From positions 10,924-74,923 of the forward strand of contig DASRXM010000016.1 of the NCBI GenBank assembly GCA_035654155.1: a stretch of DNA of 64,000 nt. The letters run 5' to 3'. A program made the position numbers and the translations under genes. This DNA comes from Candidatus Babeliales bacterium (GTDB taxonomy: Bacteria; Vulcanimicrobiota; Vulcanimicrobiia; Vulcanimicrobiales; Vulcanimicrobiaceae). Positions within the stretch are counted from its first letter, which is position 1, and each line of letters starts with the position of its first letter. Below are positions 55,471 through 63,740 of the stretch, piece after piece. The notes beneath the pieces are model-generated. The model was given only the letters and a program-made list of their open reading frames with translations, was not told the DNA's origin and did not search any database.

Positions 55471-56570
55471 ACCGAAGCCGCGCGCCTCAAGCGGCTCAAT
55501 CCGATTGCGGTGAAGAGCAGGTTCGGAACCCAGGCCCAAAAAGCCGCAAACGAGAGAAACGCCTCGCCCGCAAACGAGCAGATCGTCATGACCACGTAGT
55601 ACACGAAGACGATCGCCAGCGATAAACCGAAGCCTAAGCTGGTACTTCCACTCGAGCCGATCGAGCGCAAGCCAAACGGGATGGCGATCAGAATGAACAC
55701 GAAGCACGCGAACGGTCGAGCCAGCTTTTCCTGATATGTCGTCACGTACTTACGAACTTCGGGCTCGGTCAACTGGCCGGAATGCACGACGTCGGCGATC
55801 TCGGCGCGGCTCATATTCTCAGGATCGTCGTTGCTCATGCGCTTCATCAGGTCCGTTGGCCTCTCGCCGATTTCGACCTCCTGTTGCGGGACGTGCGGTT
55901 CCGCCAACGTCGAGCCATCGGGATTGAAGCGATAGACGCTCGAATTCTGCAGCGTCCACTTATCGGCCGTGAACTCGGCCCGATCCGCGAAGACGACCTG
56001 GCGCGGATCGTTGTGGTTGTCGTACTGAATCAACGTCACGTGCAGCAGTGCTCGCGAGTTCGGCTCGTAAGCGGTCGCTATCGTTACCTGTCGCCCCCCG
56101 CCCGGAAGCGGCGCCGAGACGGTCAGGTCGCGACTGAAGGCGCTGACGTGATTGATGACGTTGTTCTCGATCTCGGTAAGCTGATCGTTGGCATACGGAA
56201 CCAAGCCTTCTTGTAAATAGAGCGTCACGAACGACATCAGAATTCCAATCGCGAGCAGCGGCGCGACGATCCGCGCGAACGTGATGCCGGCAGCTTTGAG
56301 CGCCGTGAGCTCGCTTTCGCCCGAGAGCCTTTGAATCGCGAGCAGCGTGCCCAGGAGCAGCGCCATCGGAATCACCAACACGATGTCGGCCGGCAACGAC
56401 CACACGAAAATCGCCAGCGCCGCCCAAAGCGGAGCATGCTCGTTGCTGACGAGCTTGCCGATGTTGAGAATCTCGGTCGCCGCAAAGATCAGCATGAACG
56501 CCGATAATCCAAACACGAACGGACCCGTCAGCTCGGCGAGCATGTACCGGTCGAGAATCGTAAATCTCAT
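55467..56570 (-). CDS. LPS export ABC permease, LptF/LptG (YjgP/YjgQ) family
   Basis: Trimmed to ATG 56570 (MRFTILDRYMLAELTGPFVFG...). Six-TM pattern with a periplasmic beta-jellyroll insert. Confidence 0.85.
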   Translation of the reverse strand: MRFTILDRYMLAELTGPFVFGLSAFMLIFAATEILNIGKLVSNEHAPLWAALAIFVWSLPADIVLVIPMALLLGTLLAIQRLSGESELTALKAAGITFARIVAPLLAIGILMSFVTLYLQEGLVPYANDQLTEIENNVINHVSAFSRDLTVSAPLPGGGRQVTIATAYEPNSRALLHVTLIQYDNHNDPRQVVFADRAEFTADKWTLQNSSVYRFNPDGSTLAEPHVPQQEVEIGERPTDLMKRMSNDDPENMSRAEIADVVHSGQLTEPEVRKYVTTYQEKLARPFACFVFILIAIPFGLRSIGSSGSTSLGFGLSLAIVFVYYVVMTICSFAGEAFLSFAAFWAWVPNLLFTAIGLSRLRRAASV

Positions 56571-56594
56571 CTGTGTCGGCTCTTGCCGCCACCC

Positions 56595-56658
56595 TGACAT
56601 TCCGCCTCGGGGACGCTCCCTTCAGACATCCTTGTCTTCCGGTCGCTCGGCTCGATTT
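56595..56658. repeat. Copy A of a ~62-nt intergenic repeat (lptB-lptF/G spacer)
   Basis: The reverse complement of 56595-56658 aligns with 62398-62459. By hand alignment, 57 positions are identical, with 3 substitutions and two short indels. Contains the small hairpin ggga-gcg-tccc. Confidence 0.8.
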
Positions 56659-56709
56659 TTGGGAGAACAAAGTTTTGAAGAACGCATCCTGCGTTGCCCA
56701 AAAATCGAG
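56651..56709. repeat. Perfect 13-nt inverted repeat (ctcgatttttggg / cccaaaaatcgag) enclosing a second hairpin
   Basis: Arms at 56651-56663 and 56697-56709. The inner stem is aacgca(56681-86)/tgcgtt(56690-95). The left arm overlaps the end of repeat copy A. Confidence 0.7.
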
Positions 56710-56754
56710 ACGCCCCGCGGCGGAACGTCAGGGCGCCAGCCGGAGCCGACGGTT

Positions 56755-57498
56755 TTATAGTCTGAATCCTTCACCAAGATAGAATTGTCGAGCGATTGGA
56801 GAGTCAAGGACTTCTTGCGCGGTTCCGGATACTTCGATGCGGCCGTTGTTCAGGATGTAGGCGCGATCCACGATGGCGAGCGTTTCGCGCACTTGATGGT
56901 CGGTGATTAGGATGCCCAGACCGCGATCGCGCAATTGACGGATCATGGCTTGAATGTCGGCGACGGCGATCGGATCGATTCCCGTAAACGGCTCGTCGAG
57001 TAAGAGGAACGCCGGTTGAATTGCCAGCGCTCGGGCGATCTCGACGCGGCGCCGTTCGCCGCCCGAGAGACTGTCCCCGCGCGCGTCGACGAAGGCGCGC
57101 AGTCCGAACTCTTCGAGCAGCGCCGGCAGCCGCCGTTCGCGTTCGTCGTGCGAGATGCCGTTTTGCTCCCAAATGAGCCGAATGTTGTCGCCCACCGATA
57201 GCTTTCTGAATATCGAGTTCTCTTGCGACAAGTATCCGATGCCGTTGCGGGCGCGTGCATACATCGGTGCGCCGGTAAGATCGATCTCTCCGCTCGAGTT
57301 TGACAGCAGGACGGTGCCGCCGTCCGGTTTGACGAGTCCGACGACCATGTAGAACGTCGTCGTCTTGCCGGCTCCGTTAGGACCGAGCAGCCCGACGACC
57401 TCGCCCGTCTCCACCTGCGCGGTTACGCCGTTGACGACGGTTCGCTCGCCGTAGCGTTTGACGAGTCCGCGCATTTTGATCGCAGGTTTGTGATTCAT
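56755..57498 (-). CDS. lptB: LPS export ABC transporter ATPase LptB
   Basis: Walker [10 protein letters not shown], signature LSGGERRR, Walker B LLLDEPF.GIDP, H-loop ITDH. LptB-type C-terminal tail. Confidence 0.9.
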   Translation of the reverse strand: MNHKPAIKMRGLVKRYGERTVVNGVTAQVETGEVVGLLGPNGAGKTTTFYMVVGLVKPDGGTVLLSNSSGEIDLTGAPMYARARNGIGYLSQENSIFRKLSVGDNIRLIWEQNGISHDERERRLPALLEEFGLRAFVDARGDSLSGGERRRVEIARALAIQPAFLLLDEPFTGIDPIAVADIQAMIRQLRDRGLGILITDHQVRETLAIVDRAYILNNGRIEVSGTAQEVLDSPIARQFYLGEGFRL

Positions 57499-58052
57499 CG
57501 CATTCGCATGTGGGTGAGTGAAATATCGGAGTCAAAGCTCGAACCGGTCGCTCGAAAACCCTTGGGATCGGTAACCACGACGTTCCCATTCCCGTGCAGC
57601 ATGCCGGTGGCTCGCTGATAGACCAGCTGGGTGCACCGCAACGTCATTCCGGTCGACGTTCTGGCCGAAACGCCATCGAGCAGCGTAACGGTATCGGCAC
57701 TCTGATCTACCACCGCTTGCGGTGAGATTGCCGAAATCGTCGATCCGTTCCGGTCGCGAAACGTCACCCGCGCGTCTTGGAAGACCGCGCGCTCACCGCC
57801 CCGAGGGCCCTTGCTCTCGTACGAGCTCGCCAGCAAATCGTAATCGATGCGGTTGTGGACTTCCTGAATGAGATGAACCGGCCGGTTTGGCGTACCCTGC
57901 CCGCGGATCTCCAAGACGAGCGGAGTCGGCGCGCTGCGCGCCGCGCTGGAAGCGCGAGCGGCCGGAGCGGGCGCGTTCTTGGGCGGCTGAGGATTGCAGC
58001 CGGCCGCCGCGAAGCAGGCTGCCGCCGCGACGTACGAAAAACGCACCATCAT
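57495..58052 (-). CDS. LptC/LptA-like (OstA-fold) periplasmic LPS transport protein, lipoprotein form
   Basis: Lipobox FAAAGC. A ~130-aa beta-jellyroll-like region sits immediately upstream of lptB, with ATGA overlaps on both sides. Weak, context-driven call. Confidence 0.5.
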   Translation of the reverse strand: MMVRFSYVAAAACFAAAGCNPQPPKNAPAPAARASSAARSAPTPLVLEIRGQGTPNRPVHLIQEVHNRIDYDLLASSYESKGPRGGERAVFQDARVTFRDRNGSTISAISPQAVVDQSADTVTLLDGVSARTSTGMTLRCTQLVYQRATGMLHGNGNVVVTDPKGFRATGSSFDSDISLTHMRMR

Positions 58053-59251
58053 CCGGTCGTTGGGCTAGGCTCGCCGCCCTTGGCTGCCGCGAGCGCAAGC
58101 GCCAGCATCGGGAACCACAGCCCGAAAATCACCACGCTCACCGTGTCGATGAGCCCTTGCACGGCAACGCCGAACAGTCCCGCCGTTACGCTCAGCGCTA
58201 AGAGCGCGTCGGGCGCCGGCGCGGTCGCAACGCGGCGCCGCAGTTCGGTGGCGAAGCGCCACATCGTCCATAGGACCGCGCTTGCCCCGACGATCCCAAA
58301 CTCGGCGAGAAAGGTCAGGTAGAGGCTATGCGCGTGAAAGGCGCTGGGGTCGCCGTCGGGAGCGCGGACCAACGGGTAGACGCGAGAAAAATTGAACGGC
58401 CCGACGCCGGTGAGCGGGTAGCGATCGGCGATTTGCACCGCCGCGCGCCAGATCGACAATCGAGTGTAATCCTCGCTGGGATCGTGATGCGCGTTGAAGA
58501 GGACCAATACGGCCAATGCACCCGCGACCACGACCGCGATGGCGGCACCGCGCCGCGCGCGCACGGCGAAGAGAAATGCGAACGCCGCCACGCCGCCGAT
58601 CCAGCCTGCGCGCGAATAACTCAATCCGATTGCGGCCAGTCCGACCAGCAACCCGGCCCGGGCCAGGACCCGTAGCCCGGGCGACACTCCGGAGCGCGCC
58701 AGCGTATACGCGATCGGCAAGAAGACGATGAAGTAGCCCGCAAGCTCCCCGGGCAGAATGAACGCGCCCGTTGCTCGGCCGTGCTGCGCGACGTACTGCG
58801 CGGCGGGCACTCGCGCGATCGCCATTGCGATTGCGGCTGCACCCGCAAGCGTTCCCGAGGCCAAATAGGCAGCGAAGACCGAGAGTGCGGCATAACGGTC
58901 GGAATAGAAACGCATGATGGAGCAGTGCCATATGATTCCGAGACCGCCGATGCCGGTGAAGAGCAGGCCCGCGACCGGATTGAAGCCGAGGCAACCCGCA
59001 ACCAACCCCGCACCGAAGATCGCGAGCAGCGGCGCCAGCAATGGCTGCGAACCTTTGGCGGGGTAACGCGAAAGCACCAGCAGCGCATAGATCGCAAGCC
59101 ACGCGCAGACCGCGAGGACCGCCAACGTAAGCGGTTGCGGCAGCAACGAAATGCCGGGAAACTGCACGCCCGCAAGCGCGATGAAGCTCGGAAAGAGCGG
59201 CACGAGCGCAAAAACGAGGCCGAGTGCGGCCGGCATCGCGCGCCGCATCAT
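58049..59251 (-). CDS. O-antigen ligase/polymerase-family (Wzy_C) membrane protein
   Basis: Trimmed to ATG 59251 (MMRRAMPAALGLVFALV...). More than 10 TM segments, with SYSRAGWIGG in the large periplasmic loop region typical of Wzy_C proteins. Confidence 0.7.
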   Translation of the reverse strand: MMRRAMPAALGLVFALVPLFPSFIALAGVQFPGISLLPQPLTLAVLAVCAWLAIYALLVLSRYPAKGSQPLLAPLLAIFGAGLVAGCLGFNPVAGLLFTGIGGLGIIWHCSIMRFYSDRYAALSVFAAYLASGTLAGAAAIAMAIARVPAAQYVAQHGRATGAFILPGELAGYFIVFLPIAYTLARSGVSPGLRVLARAGLLVGLAAIGLSYSRAGWIGGVAAFAFLFAVRARRGAAIAVVVAGALAVLVLFNAHHDPSEDYTRLSIWRAAVQIADRYPLTGVGPFNFSRVYPLVRAPDGDPSAFHAHSLYLTFLAEFGIVGASAVLWTMWRFATELRRRVATAPAPDALLALSVTAGLFGVAVQGLIDTVSVVIFGLWFPMLALALAAAKGGEPSPTTG

Positions 59252-60405
59252 GCTCGGGCTAACAACGCGGCGATGCGCTGCGCGATTTGCCGCGCTCCGC
59301 CTGCGTCTCCCATCCTCGCGCGCCCGGCCTCTGCCATGCGTTCGCGCCGGTGCTGGTCGTCCAAGAGCGCCTCGATGCCGGCAACGGCGTCGTTCCGATT
59401 TCCGCCGAAAACCTCCAGCGCATCGCCCAGCAGCCCTCGCTGACGCCGGCGATACCAGTGCGCCGTTCGATCGTGCTCGCGTTCGAACGCAACGACCGGA
59501 ACGCCGGCGGCAGCGGCCGCTTCGTTCGCGGTTCCGGCTTGTCCGAGAACGAGCGCAACGCGAGCGAGCAACGGCCCAAGCGTTCCGCGCCAGGCGCGGA
59601 CGATGTCGCGCGAGTCGCTGCCCAGTACGAACGGCAAAAGATCGTCGTCTGCAACGCGTACGCGCCATCCGTCGCGCCGTGCATCCTCCGCGAATCGATC
59701 TGCATCGAGACCGGGCGCGATCGAGAGCACTCCGCCAAGACCCGGGCGCCGCACCGCTAAGTCGCGCGTCAGCCCGAGCAGAAACCGCGCGTCGTCATAC
59801 GCCTCCTGCCGGCTTCCCGGAAAGAGCGCCAACGCGGGCTCGAAGCCCTCGACCGCGCGGGCAGCATTGGGATCGTCGTCCGTTTTAAAAAGGTCCACGA
59901 TCGCGTTGGCAACCTCGGCCCGCAAACCGTGTCGGCGCAAAGCCGACGCGGTGGCTTCGTCGCGCACGAAGCAGGCCGATGCGCGCGCGAGCCAGCGCTC
60001 TTCGACCGGACCGTAAGGAGCGACATTTACGCTCTTCGCACTGCCGACGAAAACGGTCGGAGCACGCGCCAGGCGCGTCATCGCCAACGCATAGACGTCG
60101 CCGACGGCAACGGCCGCATCGTATCGTCCGCGAACGCTCCGCAAAAAACTCAGTTGCGCCCACGTTAGCGGAACTAGACCGGCGCGCACGTCGCGCACCA
60201 GGTTGCGCACGTTTCCCATCGCGACAAGGCCGCCGCTCGGCATAACGCGCCGCGGCCCGACGTCGCGCATCGCGCCGCCCGGTCCCTCTCCGACGAGCGC
60301 GAGGTGATCGATGCGCGCGTCCGGCGTAAGCACGCGAAGTTCCGAGGCGATCCGGTCGGCAATCGCCGCCTCTCCGTGGCCGTTGGTGACGAACAGAACG
60401 CTCAC
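59248..60405 (-). CDS. Lipid-A-disaccharide synthase-related protein (TIGR03492-like, GT-B fold)
   Basis: Trimmed to GTG 60405 (VSVLFVTNGHGEAAIADRIA...), a GTGA overlap with the upstream gene. The NGHGE N-terminus and C-terminal QAGTANE...G.PV block resemble the cyanobacterial LpxB-related family as I recall it. Confidence 0.65.
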   Translation of the reverse strand: MSVLFVTNGHGEAAIADRIASELRVLTPDARIDHLALVGEGPGGAMRDVGPRRVMPSGGLVAMGNVRNLVRDVRAGLVPLTWAQLSFLRSVRGRYDAAVAVGDVYALAMTRLARAPTVFVGSAKSVNVAPYGPVEERWLARASACFVRDEATASALRRHGLRAEVANAIVDLFKTDDDPNAARAVEGFEPALALFPGSRQEAYDDARFLLGLTRDLAVRRPGLGGVLSIAPGLDADRFAEDARRDGWRVRVADDDLLPFVLGSDSRDIVRAWRGTLGPLLARVALVLGQAGTANEAAAAAGVPVVAFEREHDRTAHWYRRRQRGLLGDALEVFGGNRNDAVAGIEALLDDQHRRERMAEAGRARMGDAGGARQIAQRIAALLARA

Positions 60406-61145
60406 GCTGCCGGCAGCAACGGGACGAGCGCGAAATCCGCAAGCGCAAAGCGCCGCTTCGCCGGATCGTATTCCAGCGCGCTGCTGGAGACGAACCGGCC
60501 GTACGGCCCGGCGTGAACGATCGGCACGCCGCCGACGTACTGCGGCTCGTGAAGCGTGTGGTGGCTGTGACCGCCCAGAATCAGGTCGATGCGTGGGATG
60601 CGCTCCGCGAGCTCGCGGTCGAGCGCTAGACCGATGTGCGACAGCACGACCACCATGTCGCCCTCCGCAACGTTTTGCACGTGCGGGGCGAGCGCCGTCC
60701 ACGGTTCCAAGAAGCGCCAGCCGAAAACGCTTTCCCAAGGGCTTTTAACCGGATACTGCATGATCAGGAGACCGAATACGTGTATTCGCGCGCCGGCCGC
60801 GCCATCGCCCCGCGCATCGAAGCGCAGCGAGGTGGCAAACGGGAGTGTTCTACCTTTTGTATCCAGCAAGTTGGTGCACACCAGCGGATGGCGCATCCGC
60901 GCCGCTCTCGCACGTAGCAAGCCGAACAGATAATGGAACTCGCGGTTTCCAATCGCTTGCGCGTCGTAACCGGCCGCATCCATCTCGCCGACGATCGGCT
61001 CGTTTCGGTAAAAGACGCTCTGGCTTCCACGCAGCGAATCGCCGCAGTCGAAGAGCAGACCGGGATTGAGCGCCCGCAGCTCGCGCAGCCGCGGCGCGAT
61101 ACCGCGGCGATCGTGCAGATCCGAGGTGTGATAGATTCGGATCAC
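60402..61145 (-). CDS. Calcineurin-like metallophosphoesterase (5'-nucleotidase/CpdB-type motifs)
   Basis: Trimmed to GTG 61145 (MIRIYHTSDLHD...), 2 nt after the lpxB stop. Motifs DLHD, CGDS, GNREF, LSHIG and GGHSHH. Confidence 0.8.
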   Translation of the reverse strand: MIRIYHTSDLHDRRGIAPRLRELRALNPGLLFDCGDSLRGSQSVFYRNEPIVGEMDAAGYDAQAIGNREFHYLFGLLRARAARMRHPLVCTNLLDTKGRTLPFATSLRFDARGDGAAGARIHVFGLLIMQYPVKSPWESVFGWRFLEPWTALAPHVQNVAEGDMVVVLSHIGLALDRELAERIPRIDLILGGHSHHTLHEPQYVGGVPIVHAGPYGRFVSSSALEYDPAKRRFALADFALVPLLPAA

Positions 61146-61147
61146 GA

Positions 61148-62263
61148 CTACGCAGTCTTCGAACGCGCAAGGTCCACGGCGTATCGCGCGCAGCGTTCGA
61201 GCGCGTCGGAAGGACCGAGCGCCTCGCGCATGCGGGTAAACTCCTCGCGCTGCGCGACCGGATCCATCATCAAGGCTTCGAGAGAATCGGCGAGGCGTTC
61301 GGGGGTCGCATCGTCTTGGAGCAGTTCCGGCACGACCTCGCGGCCGAGCACTAGATTCGGCAGCGTAATGAACCGGTGCCTTATCATACGATGACCGTAC
61401 CATATTAGAATGCGTGGGATCACGTAAACTGCGACGGCCGGCACGCCGGCAAGAGCCGTCTCGAGCACGGCGGTACCTGAAGCGACCCACGCGCCGTCGG
61501 CCGATTCCAGCGCGGACGCAACCCCCGCAACGATCGCAACGTCGCCGGCCCCTGCACGATTCAAGTACCGCCGAATCGTGCGATGCGCGCGCTCGTCGGC
61601 GGCGCCGACGACTGCGCGCAAGCGAGGCCGCCGTTGCCGCAGCGCGCGATAAGCAGCCAAAAGAACGGGGAGATGGCGGCGCAGTTCGCCCGAGCGGCTT
61701 CCCGGCAGCATCGCGACCAGGCCGCCGTCCGGCGGCGGCGCCGGGTTGCGCGCGCGCATTTGGTATCGGCTCGCGAGCGGATGCCCGAAATACTCGATTC
61801 GGCATCCCAGGCTACGATAGAATTCGTACTGGTGCGCAAACGCCGTGACCGGAAAAGCGACCGCGCTGACGTTGCGCGCCTTCTCCGGGTCGTCCAGCCA
61901 CGTCCCGGGAGGAAAAAGATCCATGATCGGCCCGGCGTATCCAAAGCGCCGAACCGTATTGGCTAAGCGCAGATTGAAGACGCCGAAATCGACCAGCACG
62001 ACCAAATCCGGTTTCGACCCTGCGATATGAAACGCCGTGCGCAGCATCGCGTCGAGCAGCTTCGGAATTCTCGGGATCGCTGCCAACGGACCCATGCTCG
62101 CCCATCCCCGATGATTCCGCCAGAGGCCAAACCCGGCGGCCCGCATACGCTCGCTCCCGATCCCTTCAAACTGCGCTTCCGGATCCAATTTCTTAATAGC
62201 TTGCGCCAGCAAGATCGCCATCGCCTCGCCACTCGGCTCGCCCGTCGAAAAGAAATATCTCAC
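61148..62263 (-). CDS. lpxB: Lipid-A-disaccharide synthase LpxB
   Basis: GTG start. FFSTGEPSGE N-terminus, DFP.FNLRLA-like block, and a C-terminal GTA.LE.AL.G.P.VV.Y block. Confidence 0.9.
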   Translation of the reverse strand: MRYFFSTGEPSGEAMAILLAQAIKKLDPEAQFEGIGSERMRAAGFGLWRNHRGWASMGPLAAIPRIPKLLDAMLRTAFHIAGSKPDLVVLVDFGVFNLRLANTVRRFGYAGPIMDLFPPGTWLDDPEKARNVSAVAFPVTAFAHQYEFYRSLGCRIEYFGHPLASRYQMRARNPAPPPDGGLVAMLPGSRSGELRRHLPVLLAAYRALRQRRPRLRAVVGAADERAHRTIRRYLNRAGAGDVAIVAGVASALESADGAWVASGTAVLETALAGVPAVAVYVIPRILIWYGHRMIRHRFITLPNLVLGREVVPELLQDDATPERLADSLEALMMDPVAQREEFTRMREALGPSDALERCARYAVDLARSKTA

Positions 62264-62397
62264 TCAGGAGCCTGTATAGTTAGTCCCTCGTATTCGGTGC
62301 CGATTTTTGTCCGAAGACGAGGCGCGATGAGGGAACGAAGCCGTAAACTTCGTGACCGAAGAGCAACGAAGTATTCGGGCAAAGCGGCCCGAAGACG

Positions 62398-62459
62398 AAA
62401 TCGAGCCGAGCGACCGGAGGACAGGACGTCTCGGGGAGCGTCCCCGTGGCGGAATGTCA
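62398..62459. repeat. Copy B of the ~62-nt intergenic repeat (lpxA-lpxB spacer), inverted relative to copy A
   Basis: aaatcgagccgagcgaccggaggacaggacgtctcggggagcgtccccgtggcggaatgtca. Contains the hairpin cgggga-gcg-tccccg. Confidence 0.8.
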
Positions 62460-62483
62460 CCCCGCACGCGCGAGCAAGCTCCC

Positions 62484-63251
62484 TTACTTCAGCACTCCTC
62501 GCTGTGAAGGCGCTTCGAGAAAGGCGACGATCTCTAAGCCTGGGCCGGTGGCAGCCTGCTCCTTCATCGCCTCGATCGCCTGCGAAACGTTGAGCTTCGG
62601 ATCGTAGAGCAGCTTGTAGCAGCGCTTGATCTCGTTGCGCTCGTCGGCCGAGAAGCCCGCGCGTCGCAAGCCGACGCTGTTGAGACCGTAAGGCTGGCAC
62701 GGGTTACCCTCGACTAGGAAGAACGGCGGAACGTCTTTCGTGCATTTGCTCATGCCTCCGATCATCGCGTGGCGACCGATCCGAGTGAATTGATGAACGC
62801 CGGTTTGTCCGCCGATGGTAACGTAATCGCCGACATGCACGTGTCCGGCGAGCTGTGCCAGATTGCTCATCGTCACGCCGTTACCGAGCGCGCAATTGTG
62901 AGCGATGTGGACGTATGCAAGCAACAGGCAATCGTCGCCGACCGAGGTGACCTCGTCGTAGCCGGTCGCTCGTTGGATGCTGACGTACTCGCGAAGGATC
63001 GTGCGGTTGCCGACGCGCGTGAAGGCCCGCTCGCCGCCGTACTTGCGGTCCTGCGACGCCGCACCGATGGTCGAGAACGGATAGATCAAGCAATCTTCTC
63101 CGATCTCGGTCCAGCCGTTGACGACGACGTGCGCTTGAAGCGTCGTTCTCGCACCGATCGAAACGTGCTCCCCGACGATGCAATAGGGCCCAATCTCTGC
63201 GTTCTTACCGATCTCTGCGCTCGGGTGAACGATGGCGGTCGGATGGAGCAC
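62484..63251 (-). CDS. lpxA: UDP-N-acetylglucosamine acyltransferase LpxA
   Basis: 255 aa. Left-handed beta-helix hexapeptide repeats, then the LpxA C-terminal helical domain (G.N..GLRR.GFS......I...Y..LY). Confidence 0.95.
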   Translation of the reverse strand: MLHPTAIVHPSAEIGKNAEIGPYCIVGEHVSIGARTTLQAHVVVNGWTEIGEDCLIYPFSTIGAASQDRKYGGERAFTRVGNRTILREYVSIQRATGYDEVTSVGDDCLLLAYVHIAHNCALGNGVTMSNLAQLAGHVHVGDYVTIGGQTGVHQFTRIGRHAMIGGMSKCTKDVPPFFLVEGNPCQPYGLNSVGLRRAGFSADERNEIKRCYKLLYDPKLNVSQAIEAMKEQAATGPGLEIVAFLEAPSQRGVLK

Positions 63252-63265
63252 GAGCGTTGGGCTCC

Positions 63266-63739
63266 CTAAACGTGAAGGACGCTTGAGTCGGCGCCGAACA
63301 TCCGCGGATCGGAGACGATCGAGAACATGATCTCGGCCGAGCAGGCGAACTGCCCGTCAACGGTCGCTTCGGCGCTGACCCATCCGATGTTGCGCTTGTG
63401 GCGCAGCATAACCACTTCCATGTCGAGGCGATCGCCGGGAATGACCGGCCGCCGGAACTTCGCCTTGTCGATCCCGGCCAGATAGGGCGTCTTGCGCGAA
63501 AACTCGCCCGGCTCGAGAATCATCGCGCCGCCCAGCTGCGCCAGCGCTTCGATCATGTAGACTCCCGGCAGCACGGGATTGTCCGGAAAATGCCCGGCAA
63601 AGATCTGCTCGTTGTACGTGATGTTCTTGTAGCCGCGCACCCGCACCATCGGCTCGAACTCGAGGATGCGATCGACCAGCAGCATCGGGTAGCGGTGCGG
63701 CAAAACCTCAAAAATCTTGCGAATGTCTAATTCCGTCAC
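63266..63739 (-). CDS. fabZ: 3-hydroxyacyl-ACP dehydratase FabZ
   Basis: Trimmed to GTG 63739, with AAGGAG upstream. LPHRYPMLLVDRI, FAGHFP..PVLPGV...EALAQ. Confidence 0.95.
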   Translation of the reverse strand: MTELDIRKIFEVLPHRYPMLLVDRILEFEPMVRVRGYKNITYNEQIFAGHFPDNPVLPGVYMIEALAQLGGAMILEPGEFSRKTPYLAGIDKAKFRRPVIPGDRLDMEVVMLRHKRNIGWVSAEATVDGQFACSAEIMFSIVSDPRMFGADSSVLHV

Positions 63740-63740
63740 G

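Noticed and set aside
59252-59668. Arg-rich N-terminal extensions of track ORFs: 58049-59668 upstream of 59251, 59248-60738 upstream of 60405, and 60402-61805 upstream of 61145.
   Set aside because: The extensions overlap the well-supported upstream gene in another frame and look like off-frame translation. Internal ATG/GTG starts give canonical family N-termini and 4-nt overlaps with the upstream stop.
56595-62459. The 62-nt repeat pair considered as terminal inverted repeats of a mobile element spanning 56.6-62.5 kb.
   Set aside because: The ~5.8 kb between them encodes core lipid A/LPS genes in operon continuity with the flanks. There is no transposase, integrase or target-site duplication.
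62260-62700. ORFs of 146 aa and 67 aa (62264-62467) covering the lpxA-lpxB spacer.
   Set aside because: The translations are Arg/Ser-rich. The longer ORF overlaps the lpxA 3' end out of frame. Neither has an RBS or a recognisable domain. The spacer is treated as non-coding and structured.
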